Shown here: positions 23,199 through 32,588 of the stretch, piece after piece
How positions within the stretch are numbered: the stretch's first letter is position 1
Layout: each line of letters opens with the position of its first letter
Origin: an uncultured delta proteobacterium
GTDB lineage: Bacteria > Myxococcota > Myxococcia > SLRQ01
Direction of reading: 5' to 3'
Length of the DNA stretch: 64,000 nucleotides
Assembly: GCA_963727485.1 (NCBI GenBank)
Contig: CAVSGM010000002.1
Span: 992,001-1,056,000 of the forward strand
Position numbers and translations under genes: made by a program
The notes under the pieces: model-generated
Seen by the model: only the letters and a program-made list of their open reading frames with translations
What the model was told of the DNA's origin: nothing
Database searches by the model: none

Positions 23199-23783
23199 TC
23201 AGGGGCCGGCGTCGGCCGTGCCCCCGTCCGAAGCGCCGGAGGGGCAGCTCGCCCGGCCCGCGCAGGTGCCGTCGGCGTCGAGGATGGTCTGCGCGGTCAC
23301 CCCGTCGACGAGGCCGTCCGCGGTGCTGCCGCTGTGGAAGAGGCCGTCGGCCTCGCGCCACAGGTAGCCGCTACCCTCGACCACCGAGGGGTCGTCCTTC
23401 CAGAGGAAGAGGTAGCCCTCGGTGTCCTGACCTCCCTGCACCAGCACCGCTCGCTCGGCCGGCACCTCGGGGATCGCCAGGGCGCCGGAGGCGGTGTCGA
23501 AGCGGCCGAACATCTTGAGCGTGTGCGCCCCGGTGGCCAGGGAGCCCCGGACCACCTGGTCCACCTGGAAGGTCACGGGGGTCCGGTCTCGGCCGTTGCC
23601 GTCGACGTAGCTGGTCCCCCAGCTCGTCACCCGGGCGTGGGCCAGCACCCCCGCGTTCTCCGAGAGGGTGCAGAGGCCGACCCCGTTTGCCGCGTAGACG
23701 CCGCCATCCGTCGCCGGGCTGCAGGCACCGAGGGCGCCGACGGCGAGAATCAACAGCGTGATGCCTTGCGCGTCTCGTCCCAC
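23199..23783 (-). CDS. Hypothetical lipoprotein
   Basis: LGA-C lipobox; TFQVDQVVRG suggests an OB/TIMP-like strand; DGGTADAG tail. Confidence 0.6.
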   Translation of the reverse strand: MGRDAQGITLLILAVGALGACSPATDGGVYAANGVGLCTLSENAGVLAHARVTSWGTSYVDGNGRDRTPVTFQVDQVVRGSLATGAHTLKMFGRFDTASGALAIPEVPAERAVLVQGGQDTEGYLFLWKDDPSVVEGSGYLWREADGLFHSGSTADGLVDGVTAQTILDADGTCAGRASCPSGASDGGTADAGP

Positions 23784-23801
23784 GTCTCCCCCAAGGGCGC
23801 G

Positions 23802-24152
23802 TCAGGTCGACGCCGCGCGGCGGGCCGCGATTGTCCGCACCATCACCGCGACGCCCCCGAGGAGCGCCACCGCCACGCCCGCGAGCCCGGTGGCGCCGAG
23901 GAGCGCCTGCACCGCCGCGGTCTGGACGTCGAGGGTCGCCGGGTCCACGTGGGCATGGGGGGCCTGGGCGTGGGCCCAGAGCTGCATCACCTGGGCGCCG
24001 TGCCACCCGAGGCCCATCAGGCCGAGGAGCGCCACGAGCGCCAGGCACCCGAACACCAGCGGCCGCAGGTCGAGGTGCCGGGGCCGGATCATCTGCACCA
24101 CGGCCGCGAGCCCGCCGACGATCGCCGCCGCCCACACCAGGTCGAGGATCAT
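23802..24152 (-). CDS. Small 3-TM membrane protein, copy B2
   Basis: Paralog of 24546-24926 (LVWAxAIxGxLxAVVQMIxxRxLDLxPL); ATGA-coupled to the upstream gene. Confidence 0.7.
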   Translation of the reverse strand: MILDLVWAAAIVGGLAAVVQMIRPRHLDLRPLVFGCLALVALLGLMGLGWHGAQVMQLWAHAQAPHAHVDPATLDVQTAAVQALLGATGLAGVAVALLGGVAVMVRTIAARRAAST

Positions 24153-24520
24153 GCCGGCCTCCCGCCGAGGTTGGCCTGGAGGGTGCCGGCGAGGGCCACG
24201 AGGACCAGCTCCACCGCGGCGACCCCCAGGGCCAGGACCAGGGGGTAGAGGGAGATGGCACTGCTCATGGACTCCAGGGCGACGCGCTGGTCCGGGGCCG
24301 CGGCCGCGGCCGCCTGCATCGTCTGCTGGAAGCCGATGGCGCTGCCGAGGAGGCCCAGGGCCACGACCCCGGCGATGCCCGCCCAGGCGAAGGCGCCGAG
24401 GCGGCTCTCCCGGCGTGCGAGGGCCTGGAAGAGCCAGGCGAGGCAGATCCCGATCCCCGTCAGGCCCGCGAGGACCACCGGGTACATCCAGATGCCGCCG
24501 TCTGCGAACGCGTTCAACAT
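24149..24520 (-). CDS. Miniature MotA/TolQ/ExbB-like 3-TM protein, copy A2
   Basis: FADGGIWMYP N-terminus and LGLLGSAIGFQQTM resemble ExbB/TolQ TM1 and TM2 (F..GG..M.P; LGLLGT..G). Confidence 0.7.
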   Translation of the reverse strand: MLNAFADGGIWMYPVVLAGLTGIGICLAWLFQALARRESRLGAFAWAGIAGVVALGLLGSAIGFQQTMQAAAAAAPDQRVALESMSSAISLYPLVLALGVAAVELVLVALAGTLQANLGGRPA

Positions 24521-24545
24521 GGCAGGGTCCTCCCGGTGGCTCCGA

Positions 24546-24926
24546 TCAGACCGCCGGCGTCGGGCTCGCCGGGGGCTCGGGGGCCGCGGCCGGCTCGGGG
24601 CGCGGGCCGAGGAGGTCCCGGAGGAAGATGGCGATGCCCCCGAGGCCCGAGATGCCCCCGACCCCGACCGCCAGGGCGAGGATGCCGTGGATGGCGTCGG
24701 AGACGTGCTGGGCCAGGAGCACCGCCCGCACGTCCGGGGTCCCCTGGGCGACGGCCCGGAGCGCGCCCGAGAGCTCCAGGCTCACGTCGAGGAGGCCGAG
24801 GACGACCACCAGGGCCAGGCTCGCGAGGATGAGGGGCCCCAGGTCGAGGCGCCGGGCGGTGATCATCTGGACCACCGCGACCAGCATCCCGGCGATCGCC
24901 ACCGCCCACACCAACAGGCCGATCAT
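24546..24926 (-). CDS. Small 3-TM membrane protein, copy B1
   Basis: Three hydrophobic segments; paralog of 23802-24152; ATGA overlap. Confidence 0.7.
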   Translation of the reverse strand: MIGLLVWAVAIAGMLVAVVQMITARRLDLGPLILASLALVVVLGLLDVSLELSGALRAVAQGTPDVRAVLLAQHVSDAIHGILALAVGVGGISGLGGIAIFLRDLLGPRPEPAAAPEPPASPTPAV

Positions 24927-25291
24927 GCGCGCACCGCCCGGGTCGCCCGGAGGGTCCGGGCGAGCATGGTGAGGACCACCTGCGCCGCCGCCAGGCCCAG
25001 GGCCAGGAGCAGGGGATAGAGGGAGATGGCGGTGCCCATCAGGCCCAGCGCCTCCTTCTGATCCGGGGCCGCCGCCGCCAGCGCCTCGAAGGTCTGGATG
25101 AGGTTCACCCCCAGGGCCAGGAGCCCGGCGGCGAGGGTGAGCCCGATGCCCGCGACCACCAGTCCCTCGACGTCGCGCCGGGTGCGGCGGGTCGCGAGGA
25201 CGAGGTGGGCGAGGGCCAGGACCAGGCCCACGAGGCCCACCAGGAGCACCAGGTAGGCGTAGGGGCCGGCGTCGATGAAGAAGTGCGCCAT
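24923..25291 (-). CDS. Miniature MotA/TolQ/ExbB-like 3-TM protein, copy A1
   Basis: Paralog of 24149-24520 (AAAAPDQ..AL..M..AISLYPL.LALG.AA). Confidence 0.7.
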   Translation of the reverse strand: MAHFFIDAGPYAYLVLLVGLVGLVLALAHLVLATRRTRRDVEGLVVAGIGLTLAAGLLALGVNLIQTFEALAAAAPDQKEALGLMGTAISLYPLLLALGLAAAQVVLTMLARTLRATRAVRA

Positions 25292-25382
25292 CGCGGGTAC
25301 CCTAGCAGCCCGGAACTGGGGTGTCACCCTGCGGGAGACCGCTCGCTTGGGCCCCCGGCGCCGACGCGCTGCGCCGCGCTGC

Positions 25383-25411
25383 TTGACCCCCTCAGGACCC
25401 TATGCTATCCG
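25383..25411 (+). promoter_or_regulatory. Putative sigma70 promoter of the atp (Fo) operon
   Basis: TTGACC-N17-TATCCG with an extended -10 TG. Confidence 0.5.
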
Positions 25412-25467
25412 TCCCCTCCCCCGTTGGGGTGTGACCACACCAAATACTTGTAGTTACTGGCTTTTTC

Positions 25468-25740
25468 GTGGCCGCCGATCCAGAAGACCGGGAGCGTCCA
25501 GGGGAGGACGACGAAGAGGGCCTTTCGGACCTCGCCCGGGCCTATCGGAAGTCGGCCCCGTACCTCTACATCGGATGGACCCTCGCCGGGGCGATGACCC
25601 TCGGTACCCTGGGGGGATACTGGCTCGATCAGAAGCTCGGGACCACGCCCTGGCTCCTCATCACCGGCGCAGTCCTGGGCATGGTCGCCGGCTTCGTCGA
25701 GCTCATCCGCGCGGTCAACAAGCTGAACCAGAAGAAATGA
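25468..25740 (+). CDS. AtpZ/AtpI-family ATP synthase accessory protein
   Basis: GYWLDQKLGTTPWLLITGAVLG motif; first gene of the atp operon. Confidence 0.85.
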   Translation: MAADPEDRERPGEDDEEGLSDLARAYRKSAPYLYIGWTLAGAMTLGTLGGYWLDQKLGTTPWLLITGAVLGMVAGFVELIRAVNKLNQKK

Positions 25741-26114
25741 CCTTCCTCCGCACCACCGCCCTCATCCTCGTCGCCTCCGTGGCCCTGGCCGCGGTCGTGG
25801 GCGCCGTCAGTGGCGCCTGGACCGGCGCCGCCGTCGGGGGCGGGGTCAGCCTCGCCGCCTCCCTGGTGATCCTGGCCATCATGCACCTGGTGCTGGTGGC
25901 CGGGGGCCCGAGCATGCCCCGGTTCATGGGCGCGGTCTTCGGGGGGATGCTCCTGCGGATGGTGCTCCTCGGCGCCGGCCTCGCCGCGGTGCTCAAGCTC
26001 CTCGCGGGGGCGGTGCTCCCCTTCGTCATCGCCTTCTTCCTCGTGTACCTGGTCAGCCAGGTCCTCGAGATCCGCTACGTCCACCTCGCGGGCCGCGCCC
26101 GCGCCGCCGCCTGA
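25737..26114 (+). CDS. ATP synthase I-like 4-TM protein
   Basis: Four hydrophobic helices, GGMLLRM and FFLVYL..LEI; located between the atpZ-like gene and atpB. Confidence 0.75.
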   Translation: MTFLRTTALILVASVALAAVVGAVSGAWTGAAVGGGVSLAASLVILAIMHLVLVAGGPSMPRFMGAVFGGMLLRMVLLGAGLAAVLKLLAGAVLPFVIAFFLVYLVSQVLEIRYVHLAGRARAAA

Positions 26115-26119
26115 TTCCC

Positions 26120-27055
26120 ATGAAGCGCACCCACGCTCCCGTCTGGATCACGCTGCTTGGCGCGGTCCTCCTCCTCTCCACCGCCGCCCGGGCCGAAGGG
26201 CCCCAGAAGGCCGGCGAGCACGAGAAGAAGCCCTTCGCCCAGGTCATGATGCACGACATCATGAACGGGTACTGGGTCGAGATCCCCTGGCCCAACGCCT
26301 CGCTCAAGAAGGAGATCGATCTCCACGAGGTCTTCGGCCACTGGGACGTGACCATCGCCGGGCACACCGTCGACCTCACCCCCAGCCGCTACGTGCTCAT
26401 CCTCTGGTTCGCGGCCATCGCGCTCTTCCTCATCTTCGGGGTCTACGGGCGCAAGGGCTACGACGAGAAGGGCGTGCCCAAGGGGTTCAACAACGGCCTC
26501 GAGGCGCTGGTCCTCTTCGTCCGCGACGACATGGTGACCGCGACCATCGGGAAGAAGGACGCGGAGTACTTCACGCCGCTCATCGCCACCTTCTTCTTCC
26601 TCATCCTGTTCTCGAACATGCTGGGCCTGGTGCCCTACGCCTCGGTCATCACCAACAACCTGGCGGTCACCGGGGGCCTGGCGGCCATCGCCTTCGTGGC
26701 CATCCAGTTCGCGGGGATGCGCGCCCAGGGGGCGTTGGGCTACTGGCTCCACCTGGTGCCCTCGGGGGTGCCCTGGTGGCTGTGGCCCATCATGATCCCC
26801 ATCGAGATCATGGGCCTGTTCGCCAAGCCCTTCGCCCTGGCCGTCCGGCTCTTCGCCAACATGACCGCCGGCCACGTGGTCATCCTCTCGCTCATCGGGC
26901 TCATCTTCGTGCTCAACACCGCCGCCATGGCCGCGGTGAGCGTGCCGTTCGCGCTGTTCATCTACCTGCTCGAGATCCTGGTGGCCCTCATCCAGGCCTA
27001 CGTCTTCGCGATGCTCACCGCCCTGTTCATCGGGCTGGCATCCCACGCCCACTAG
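26120..27055 (+). CDS. atpB: ATP synthase Fo subunit a
   Basis: FFFLILFSNMLGLVP, KPFALAVRLFANMTAGH, LIQAYVFAML. Confidence 0.97.
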   Translation: MKRTHAPVWITLLGAVLLLSTAARAEGPQKAGEHEKKPFAQVMMHDIMNGYWVEIPWPNASLKKEIDLHEVFGHWDVTIAGHTVDLTPSRYVLILWFAAIALFLIFGVYGRKGYDEKGVPKGFNNGLEALVLFVRDDMVTATIGKKDAEYFTPLIATFFFLILFSNMLGLVPYASVITNNLAVTGGLAAIAFVAIQFAGMRAQGALGYWLHLVPSGVPWWLWPIMIPIEIMGLFAKPFALAVRLFANMTAGHVVILSLIGLIFVLNTAAMAAVSVPFALFIYLLEILVALIQAYVFAMLTALFIGLASHAH

Positions 27056-27099
27056 CAGCACCCCCTACCGCGACACCCAATCCTCAAGGAGCGTTTCCC

Positions 27100-27348
27100 A
27101 TGGCCCACAGCGTCCTTCACATCGCCCTCGGTTACCTCGGCGCCGGCATCGGTGCCGGCCTCGCCGTCATCGGCGCCGGCATCGGCATCGGCACCCTCGC
27201 CAACGGGGCCATGGAGGGCAGCGCCCGCCAGCCCTCGGCCCTCGGCGAGATCCGGACCTCGATGATCATCGCCGCCGCCCTCATCGAGGGCGTCGCGCTC
27301 TTCGCCGAGGTCATCTGCATCCTGCTCGCCCTCAAGGTGGCAGGCTAG
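27100..27348 (+). CDS. atpE: ATP synthase Fo subunit c (H+-type signature)
   Basis: GAGIGIG, ARQP, AALIEGVALF; the Q..ES/T Na+ ligands are absent; AAGGAG RBS. Confidence 0.97.
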   Translation: MAHSVLHIALGYLGAGIGAGLAVIGAGIGIGTLANGAMEGSARQPSALGEIRTSMIIAAALIEGVALFAEVICILLALKVAG

Positions 27349-27384
27349 CCGTCTCCGACGTCGCACCGGCACCGAGGTTCTCCC

Positions 27385-27915
27385 ATGCATCTGCCCCTGC
27401 TCTTCGGCAGCGCCCTGACCGACATCGATCCGGGTCTGGTCATCTGGACCCTGATCACCTTCACCATCCTGCTCGTCGTCCTCTCCCGGACCGCCTGGAA
27501 GCCCATCCTCCGGACCGTGGAGGAGCGGGAGAACCGCATCCGTGAGGCGGTGGAGGCGGCGGCCAAGGAGCGCCAGGAAGCCGAGCGGATGATCAAGGAG
27601 CACCAGGCCGCCATGGACGCCGCCCGCAAGGAGGCGGCGGAGATGGTGCGCCAGGCCCAGGCCCAGGCCGAGAAGTCCCGGGAGGAGCACCTGGAGAAGG
27701 CCCGCAAGGAGGCCGAGGGGCTCGTCGCCCAGGCGCGGACCCAGATCCAGGAGGAGCGGCGCAAGGCCGTCGCCGAGATCCGCCAGGCCACCGTGGACCT
27801 GGCGATCCAGGCGGCGGGCAAGCTCATCGAGTCCTCGATGGACGAGGGCAAGCAGCGCCAGCTCGTCGAGCAGTACCTCGCCGAGCTCCCGGAGGCGGAG
27901 CGCCAGGTTTCCTGA
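27385..27915 (+). CDS. atpF: ATP synthase Fo subunit b
   Basis: PGLVIWTLITFTILL..AWKPI..ERE, followed by a coiled coil. Confidence 0.95.
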   Translation: MHLPLLFGSALTDIDPGLVIWTLITFTILLVVLSRTAWKPILRTVEERENRIREAVEAAAKERQEAERMIKEHQAAMDAARKEAAEMVRQAQAQAEKSREEHLEKARKEAEGLVAQARTQIQEERRKAVAEIRQATVDLAIQAAGKLIESSMDEGKQRQLVEQYLAELPEAERQVS

Positions 27916-27942
27916 CCGGTCGGCTCCGGCGACAGACCCACC

Positions 27943-27978
27943 GCGGCCGGCCCGGGCACCGGGACCGGCCGCTTCCTT
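27943..27978 (+). terminator. Possible intrinsic terminator after atpF
   Basis: GCGGCCGG-CCCGG/CCGGG-A-CCGGCCGC hairpin followed by TTCCTT (weak U-tract). Confidence 0.35.
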
Positions 27979-27989
27979 GGTTCCAGCAC

Positions 27990-29099
27990 ATGGCCATCAA
28001 CATCGGCATCGTCGGCCTGCCCAACGTGGGCAAGTCCACCCTCTTCAACGCCCTCTCCGCCGCCGGCGCCGAGGCAGCGAACTTCCCCTTCTGCACCATC
28101 GAGCCCAACGTGGGCGTGGTGCCGGTCCCCGACGAGCGGCTGGCCAAGCTCGCCGCCCTCTACGACTCCAAGAAGGTCATCGCCACCAGCCTCGAGTTCG
28201 TGGACATCGCCGGGCTGGTGAAGGGCGCCAGCCGCGGCGAGGGCCTGGGCAACCAGTTCCTCGCCCACATCCGCCAGGTCGACGCCATCGCGCACGTGGT
28301 CCGGTGCTTCGAGGACGAGAACGTGGTCCACGTCGACGGCTCGGTGGACCCGGCCCGCGACGTGGAGGTGATCCACACCGAGCTGGCCCTGCGGGACCTG
28401 GACACGGTGCAGAAGCGCCTGGACAAGGCGCTGAAGTTCGCCAAGGCCCCGGGGAAGCCCGGTGAGGAGGCGAAGGCCGAGGCCGCGGTCCTGGAGAAGC
28501 TCCGGGTCCACCTCGACGCCGGCCGGCCCGCCCGGTCGCTCGCCCTCGACGAGGCCGAGGCCGCCATCGTCCGGGAGCTCTTCCTGCTGACCATGAAGCC
28601 GGTGATGTACGTGGCCAACGTCGCCGAGGCCGACGCCGCCGCCCCCGACAAGGTCCCCCACGTCCAGGCGCTCCGGGCGCTCGCCGCCGAGGAGGGCGCC
28701 CCGGTGCTGGTCATCAGCGCCGCCATCGAGGCCGAGCTCTCCCAGCTCCCCGAGGAAGAGCAGGGCGAGTACCTGGCCTCCCTGGGCCTCACCGAGTCCG
28801 GCCTCCACCAGGTCATCGCCGCCGGCTACCAGCTCCTCGGCCTCATCACCTTCCTCACCGCCGGCCCCGAGGAGACCCGGGCCTGGACGGTGCGCCGGGG
28901 CGCCCGGGCCCCCGAGGCCGCCGGGGTCATCCACACCGACTTCCAGCGCGGCTTCATCAAGGCCGAGGTGATCCGCTGGGAGGACCTGGTGGAGATGGGC
29001 TCCGAGGCCGCGGTGCGCCAGGCGGGCAAGCTGCGCATCGAGGGCAAGGAGTACGTGGTGCAGGACGGCGACGTGATGCACTTCCGGTTCAACGTCTGA
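27990..29099 (+). CDS. ychF: Redox-regulated ATPase YchF
   Basis: GIVGLPNVGKST, NFPFCTIEPN, DIAGLVKGASRGEGLGNQFL, EGKEYVVQDGDVMHFRFNV. Confidence 0.97.
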   Translation: MAINIGIVGLPNVGKSTLFNALSAAGAEAANFPFCTIEPNVGVVPVPDERLAKLAALYDSKKVIATSLEFVDIAGLVKGASRGEGLGNQFLAHIRQVDAIAHVVRCFEDENVVHVDGSVDPARDVEVIHTELALRDLDTVQKRLDKALKFAKAPGKPGEEAKAEAAVLEKLRVHLDAGRPARSLALDEAEAAIVRELFLLTMKPVMYVANVAEADAAAPDKVPHVQALRALAAEEGAPVLVISAAIEAELSQLPEEEQGEYLASLGLTESGLHQVIAAGYQLLGLITFLTAGPEETRAWTVRRGARAPEAAGVIHTDFQRGFIKAEVIRWEDLVEMGSEAAVRQAGKLRIEGKEYVVQDGDVMHFRFNV

Positions 29100-29177
29100 T
29101 GAGCCGGCGCCGGGCCCCGGATCGCACCCCCTGGCCCCGCCCGACGCGGCGGCCTAGCTTGGCGTCGGGAGGACCCG

Positions 29178-29874
29178 ATGATCCGAGCGGTCGCCCACCT
29201 GGTCCTGGCCGCGGCGGCCGGGGCCCTGATGGCCTGTATCCCGGGCTGCGCCACGCCCGACGCCCCGCCGGTCGAGGGCCGCAAGGTCGCCGTCCGGGAC
29301 GCGCCCCCGCCGAAGGCCGACGCGCCAAGGCCCCCGGCGCCGCCTCGGGGCTTCGTCACCATGACCGTCCTCGGGGTGCTCCCGGTGGGCGGCGCCCACG
29401 CGGTGCTCCTGGTCGACGGACCCAAGCAGGTGGTCCTCCCCATCGTGGTAGGTGAGACCGAGGCCCTGTCCATCGAGCTGCGCCTCCACCACAAGCGCTT
29501 CACCCGGCCCCTGACCCACGATCTGCTCGACCAGGTGGTCACGGACCTCGGGGCCAAGGTCCTCGAGGTCCGGGTGAGCGGGGTCGGCGGCGGGGCCTTC
29601 GTGGGGAGCCTCCTGCTCACCCAGGCCCACCGGGTGCTCACCCTCGACGCCCGGCCCTCCGACGCCATCGCCCTGGCCGTCGGGGACGGGGCGCCGATCT
29701 ACGTGGCCCGGGAGGTCCTCGACGAGGCGGGCATCGACCGCAGGGCCCTGGATCACCTCACCCCCGACGAGGTGCCGAGACGGCGCCGACGAGGACGCCC
29801 CGGCGCCGGACGCGGGTCCCTCCATCGACGGCCGGGACGCGGCGGGGGTGCAGGCCTTCCCCGACCCCATCTGA
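29178..29874 (+). CDS. Bifunctional nuclease family (DUF151) protein with a lipoprotein-like signal (probable +1 indel near 29778)
   Basis: LPIVVGETEA, RPLTHDLL, DARPSDAIALA motifs. Corrected frame ends DGADEDAP...FPDPI* at 29874, clear of the next gene. Confidence 0.8.
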
Positions 29875-29938
29875 GGCGCCACCGCCCCGGCACCCGCCCG
29901 CCTCGCCGCCGGCCCCGGGCCCTGGTAGGTCTACTTCG

Positions 29939-31213
29939 GTGGCCCGCCCCTCCCGCGCCGTCCTCGCCTGGTCGTTCTACGACTTCGCCAACTCCGCCTT
30001 CGCCACCACGGTGATGGCCGGGCTCTTCCCGGTCTTCTTCAAGGAGGAGTGGTCCGCCGGCACGCCCGTCGCCGAGAGCACCTTCCACCTGGGCATCGCC
30101 AACGCCGCCGCCTCGGTGGCCGTGGCCCTGATGGCCCCGGTCCTGGGCGCCGTCGCCGACCGGGGCGCGGGCAAGAAGCGCTTCCTCGCCGCCTTCACCG
30201 CCCTGGGGGTCGCCGGGAGCCTGGGCCTCTCGGTGGTCGGGCGCGGGGCCTGGGGCACCGCCGCGGCGGTCTACGCGCTGGCCACCGTGGGCTTCTCCGG
30301 GGGGAACGTGTTCTACGACGCCCTGCTCCCCTCGGTGGCGGACGGTCGCACCGACCGGGTCTCGGCCCTGGGCTACGCGCTGGGCTACCTCGGCGGCGGC
30401 GCCCTCTTCGCGGTGAACGTGGTGATGATCCGGATGCCGCAGGCCTTCGGCCTGGCGGACGCCGGGCAGGCGGTGCGCATCAGCTTCGCCTCGGTGGCGG
30501 TGTGGTGGGCGGTGTTCGCCATCCCCCTGTTCCGCGCGGTCCCCGAGCCGCCGGCGGCGGGCGGGGGCACCGGCGCCGCCCTGCGCGAGGGCCTCGCCCA
30601 GCTCGCCCGGACCTTCCGCCGCGCCCGGCGCCTCAAGGTGGTGCTCCTCTTCCTCGCCGCCTACTGGCTCTACATCGACGGGGTGGGCACGGTGATCCGC
30701 ATGGCCGTGGACTACGGCCTCTCGCTGGGCTTCCCCGCCTCGAGCCTCATCGTCGCCCTGCTCCTCACCCAGGCGGTGGGCTTCCCGGCGGCGCTCGTCT
30801 TCGGGCGCCTCGGCGAGTGGCTGGGGACCAAACGCGCCATCGTCCTGGGCCTCGTCGTCTACCTCGGGGTCACCGGCTTCGGGGCCTTCCTGCGCACCCC
30901 GGCCCAGTTCTTCGTCCTCGCCGCGGTGGTGGGCCTGGTGCAGGGGGGCGTCCAGGCCCTGTCCCGGGCCCTCTACGCGCGGCTGGTCCCCGAGGCCGAG
31001 GCCGGGGAGTTCTTCGGCTTCTTCAACCTGCTGGGCAAGTTCGCCGCCATCCTCGGGCCGCTGGTCATGGGCCTGGTGGCGGTGCTCACCGGGAGCACCC
31101 GGGTGGCCATCGCCTCGGTGAGCGTCCTCTTCCTCGCCGGGGGGCTCCTGCTCCTCCGGGTGGACGAGGCCGAGGGACGCGCCGCGGCGGCGGCCCTCGA
31201 GGCCGAGCTCTGA
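29939..31213 (+). CDS. MFS transporter (UMF1/Atg22-like)
   Basis: WSFYDFANSAF, APVLGAVAD, NVFYDALL, QALSRALYARLVP, EFFGFF; 12 TM segments. Confidence 0.9.
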   Translation: MARPSRAVLAWSFYDFANSAFATTVMAGLFPVFFKEEWSAGTPVAESTFHLGIANAAASVAVALMAPVLGAVADRGAGKKRFLAAFTALGVAGSLGLSVVGRGAWGTAAAVYALATVGFSGGNVFYDALLPSVADGRTDRVSALGYALGYLGGGALFAVNVVMIRMPQAFGLADAGQAVRISFASVAVWWAVFAIPLFRAVPEPPAAGGGTGAALREGLAQLARTFRRARRLKVVLLFLAAYWLYIDGVGTVIRMAVDYGLSLGFPASSLIVALLLTQAVGFPAALVFGRLGEWLGTKRAIVLGLVVYLGVTGFGAFLRTPAQFFVLAAVVGLVQGGVQALSRALYARLVPEAEAGEFFGFFNLLGKFAAILGPLVMGLVAVLTGSTRVAIASVSVLFLAGGLLLLRVDEAEGRAAAAALEAEL

Positions 31214-31237
31214 CAGCGGCCGGCTGCCGGGCGCGGG

Positions 31238-32588
31238 CTACTTCTTCTTCGGCGGGATCCCGGCGTCGAGCCAGTGCGAGAGCCCATAGACCGCGTGGGC
31301 CGCGTCGCCGATGAGAATCGAGGTAGCTCTGGTGCCGCTCCCGGTCGATCTCGGGCATCTGGTCGAAGGCGTGGAACTGGTCGAGGCGGCGGATGGCGTC
31401 CTGGAGATCGGCCTCGGCCTCCTCGACCTTCGCCGGCTTCACCTGGATGCCCCCCCGGTGGAGGTAGTAGGTCGCCTCCAGCCAGTGGCCGTAGAACTTC
31501 TGGTCCTGGACGGCGAGCAGCCGCAGGTACTGGGGCGGCGCCTCGCTCCAGGCCTTCCGGTAGAGGTCGGTCTCGGCGGTGAGCCGCCACTCCAGGATGT
31601 GCTCGATGTCCTGCAGCGGGCCGGCGAGGGCCTTCTCGCTCTTGGCGTCGAAGAGCCAGGTCGCCGGCGCCTCCACGAAGTGCATCCCCCCGCAGGCCTC
31701 GGCGTAGATCCCCTGGCGGCGCTTGACCAGCGGCGCGCCGGTCTCCTCGTCGGTCTTCATGAACGCCATCTCGTCGGCGAGGTTCTCGGTGGCCTCGCGC
31801 ACCAGCTGGCGCATGTCGAAGCGCTTGCCCGCATGGTCGACGAAGGTGGCCTTGGAGATCCCGTCGTGGACCGCCCGGCTCATGGCCATCAGGGTCCAGG
31901 CCCAGGGGCCGAAGTGCCCCGGCGGCGGCTGGTCGAAGGACCACAGGGCCCCGCGGTAGAGGTCGGCGACCGTCCAGGTCTTCCCGCCGGCCCGGAACCG
32001 GTGCTTCGGCGAGACCCCCGAGTCGAGGAGCGAGCGGACCACCAGGTTGGCGTGGGGCTCCCGCGGGGTGCCGTCGGGGGCGTTGCCCTCGAAGACCGGG
32101 AAGGTCTTGCCGTCGAGGGTCTTCACCGTCGCCTGGGAGAGGATGGCGTCGATGGCGAGGCGCCCGTCCTCGAGGCGCACCTTGGGGCCGAGGGCGAGGA
32201 TCCCGTGGCAGAGGGCCCAGGGGTTCTTGGGGTCCTTGAAGGCCCAGACGCGGACGTGGTGCTTCAGGCGGGCGAGGAGGTGCTCGAGAGCGGCGCGGCT
32301 CGGGGCGGCCTTCGCCGGGGCGGCGGGCGCGGTACCGGCGCCTTCGCCGGGGCCGCGCTCGCGGGTGGCCTTGGGGGGCACGGGCGGTGCCTTCGCCGGG
32401 GCCGCCGGGGCCGCCGGCGTGCCCCCGCTGGGGCCGCCCTTGGCGACCGGCGCGGCGGGCGCGGCCGCGCCGGTGCTGGCGCCGCCGCTGGGGCTCCCGG
32501 CCTCGGCGTCACCGCTCCCGTGGCAGCCGGCGAGGGCGAGGACGCCGGCGAGGACACCGGCGAGGATCGGGACGCTGGATCGCGCCAT
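31238..32588 (-). CDS. Uncharacterised alpha-helical lipoprotein (+1 indel near 31316)
   Basis: LAG-C lipobox, Pro/Ala linker, DPKNPWALCHG, ACGGMH, KFYGHWLE. Corrected C-terminus YLDLIGDAAHA...PKKK*. Confidence 0.75.

Noticed and set aside
27100..27348. Possible Na+-type or N-ATPase
   Set aside because: Subunit c lacks the Q/ES(T) Na+ ligands and the gene order is not the N-ATPase atpDCQRBEFAG arrangement.
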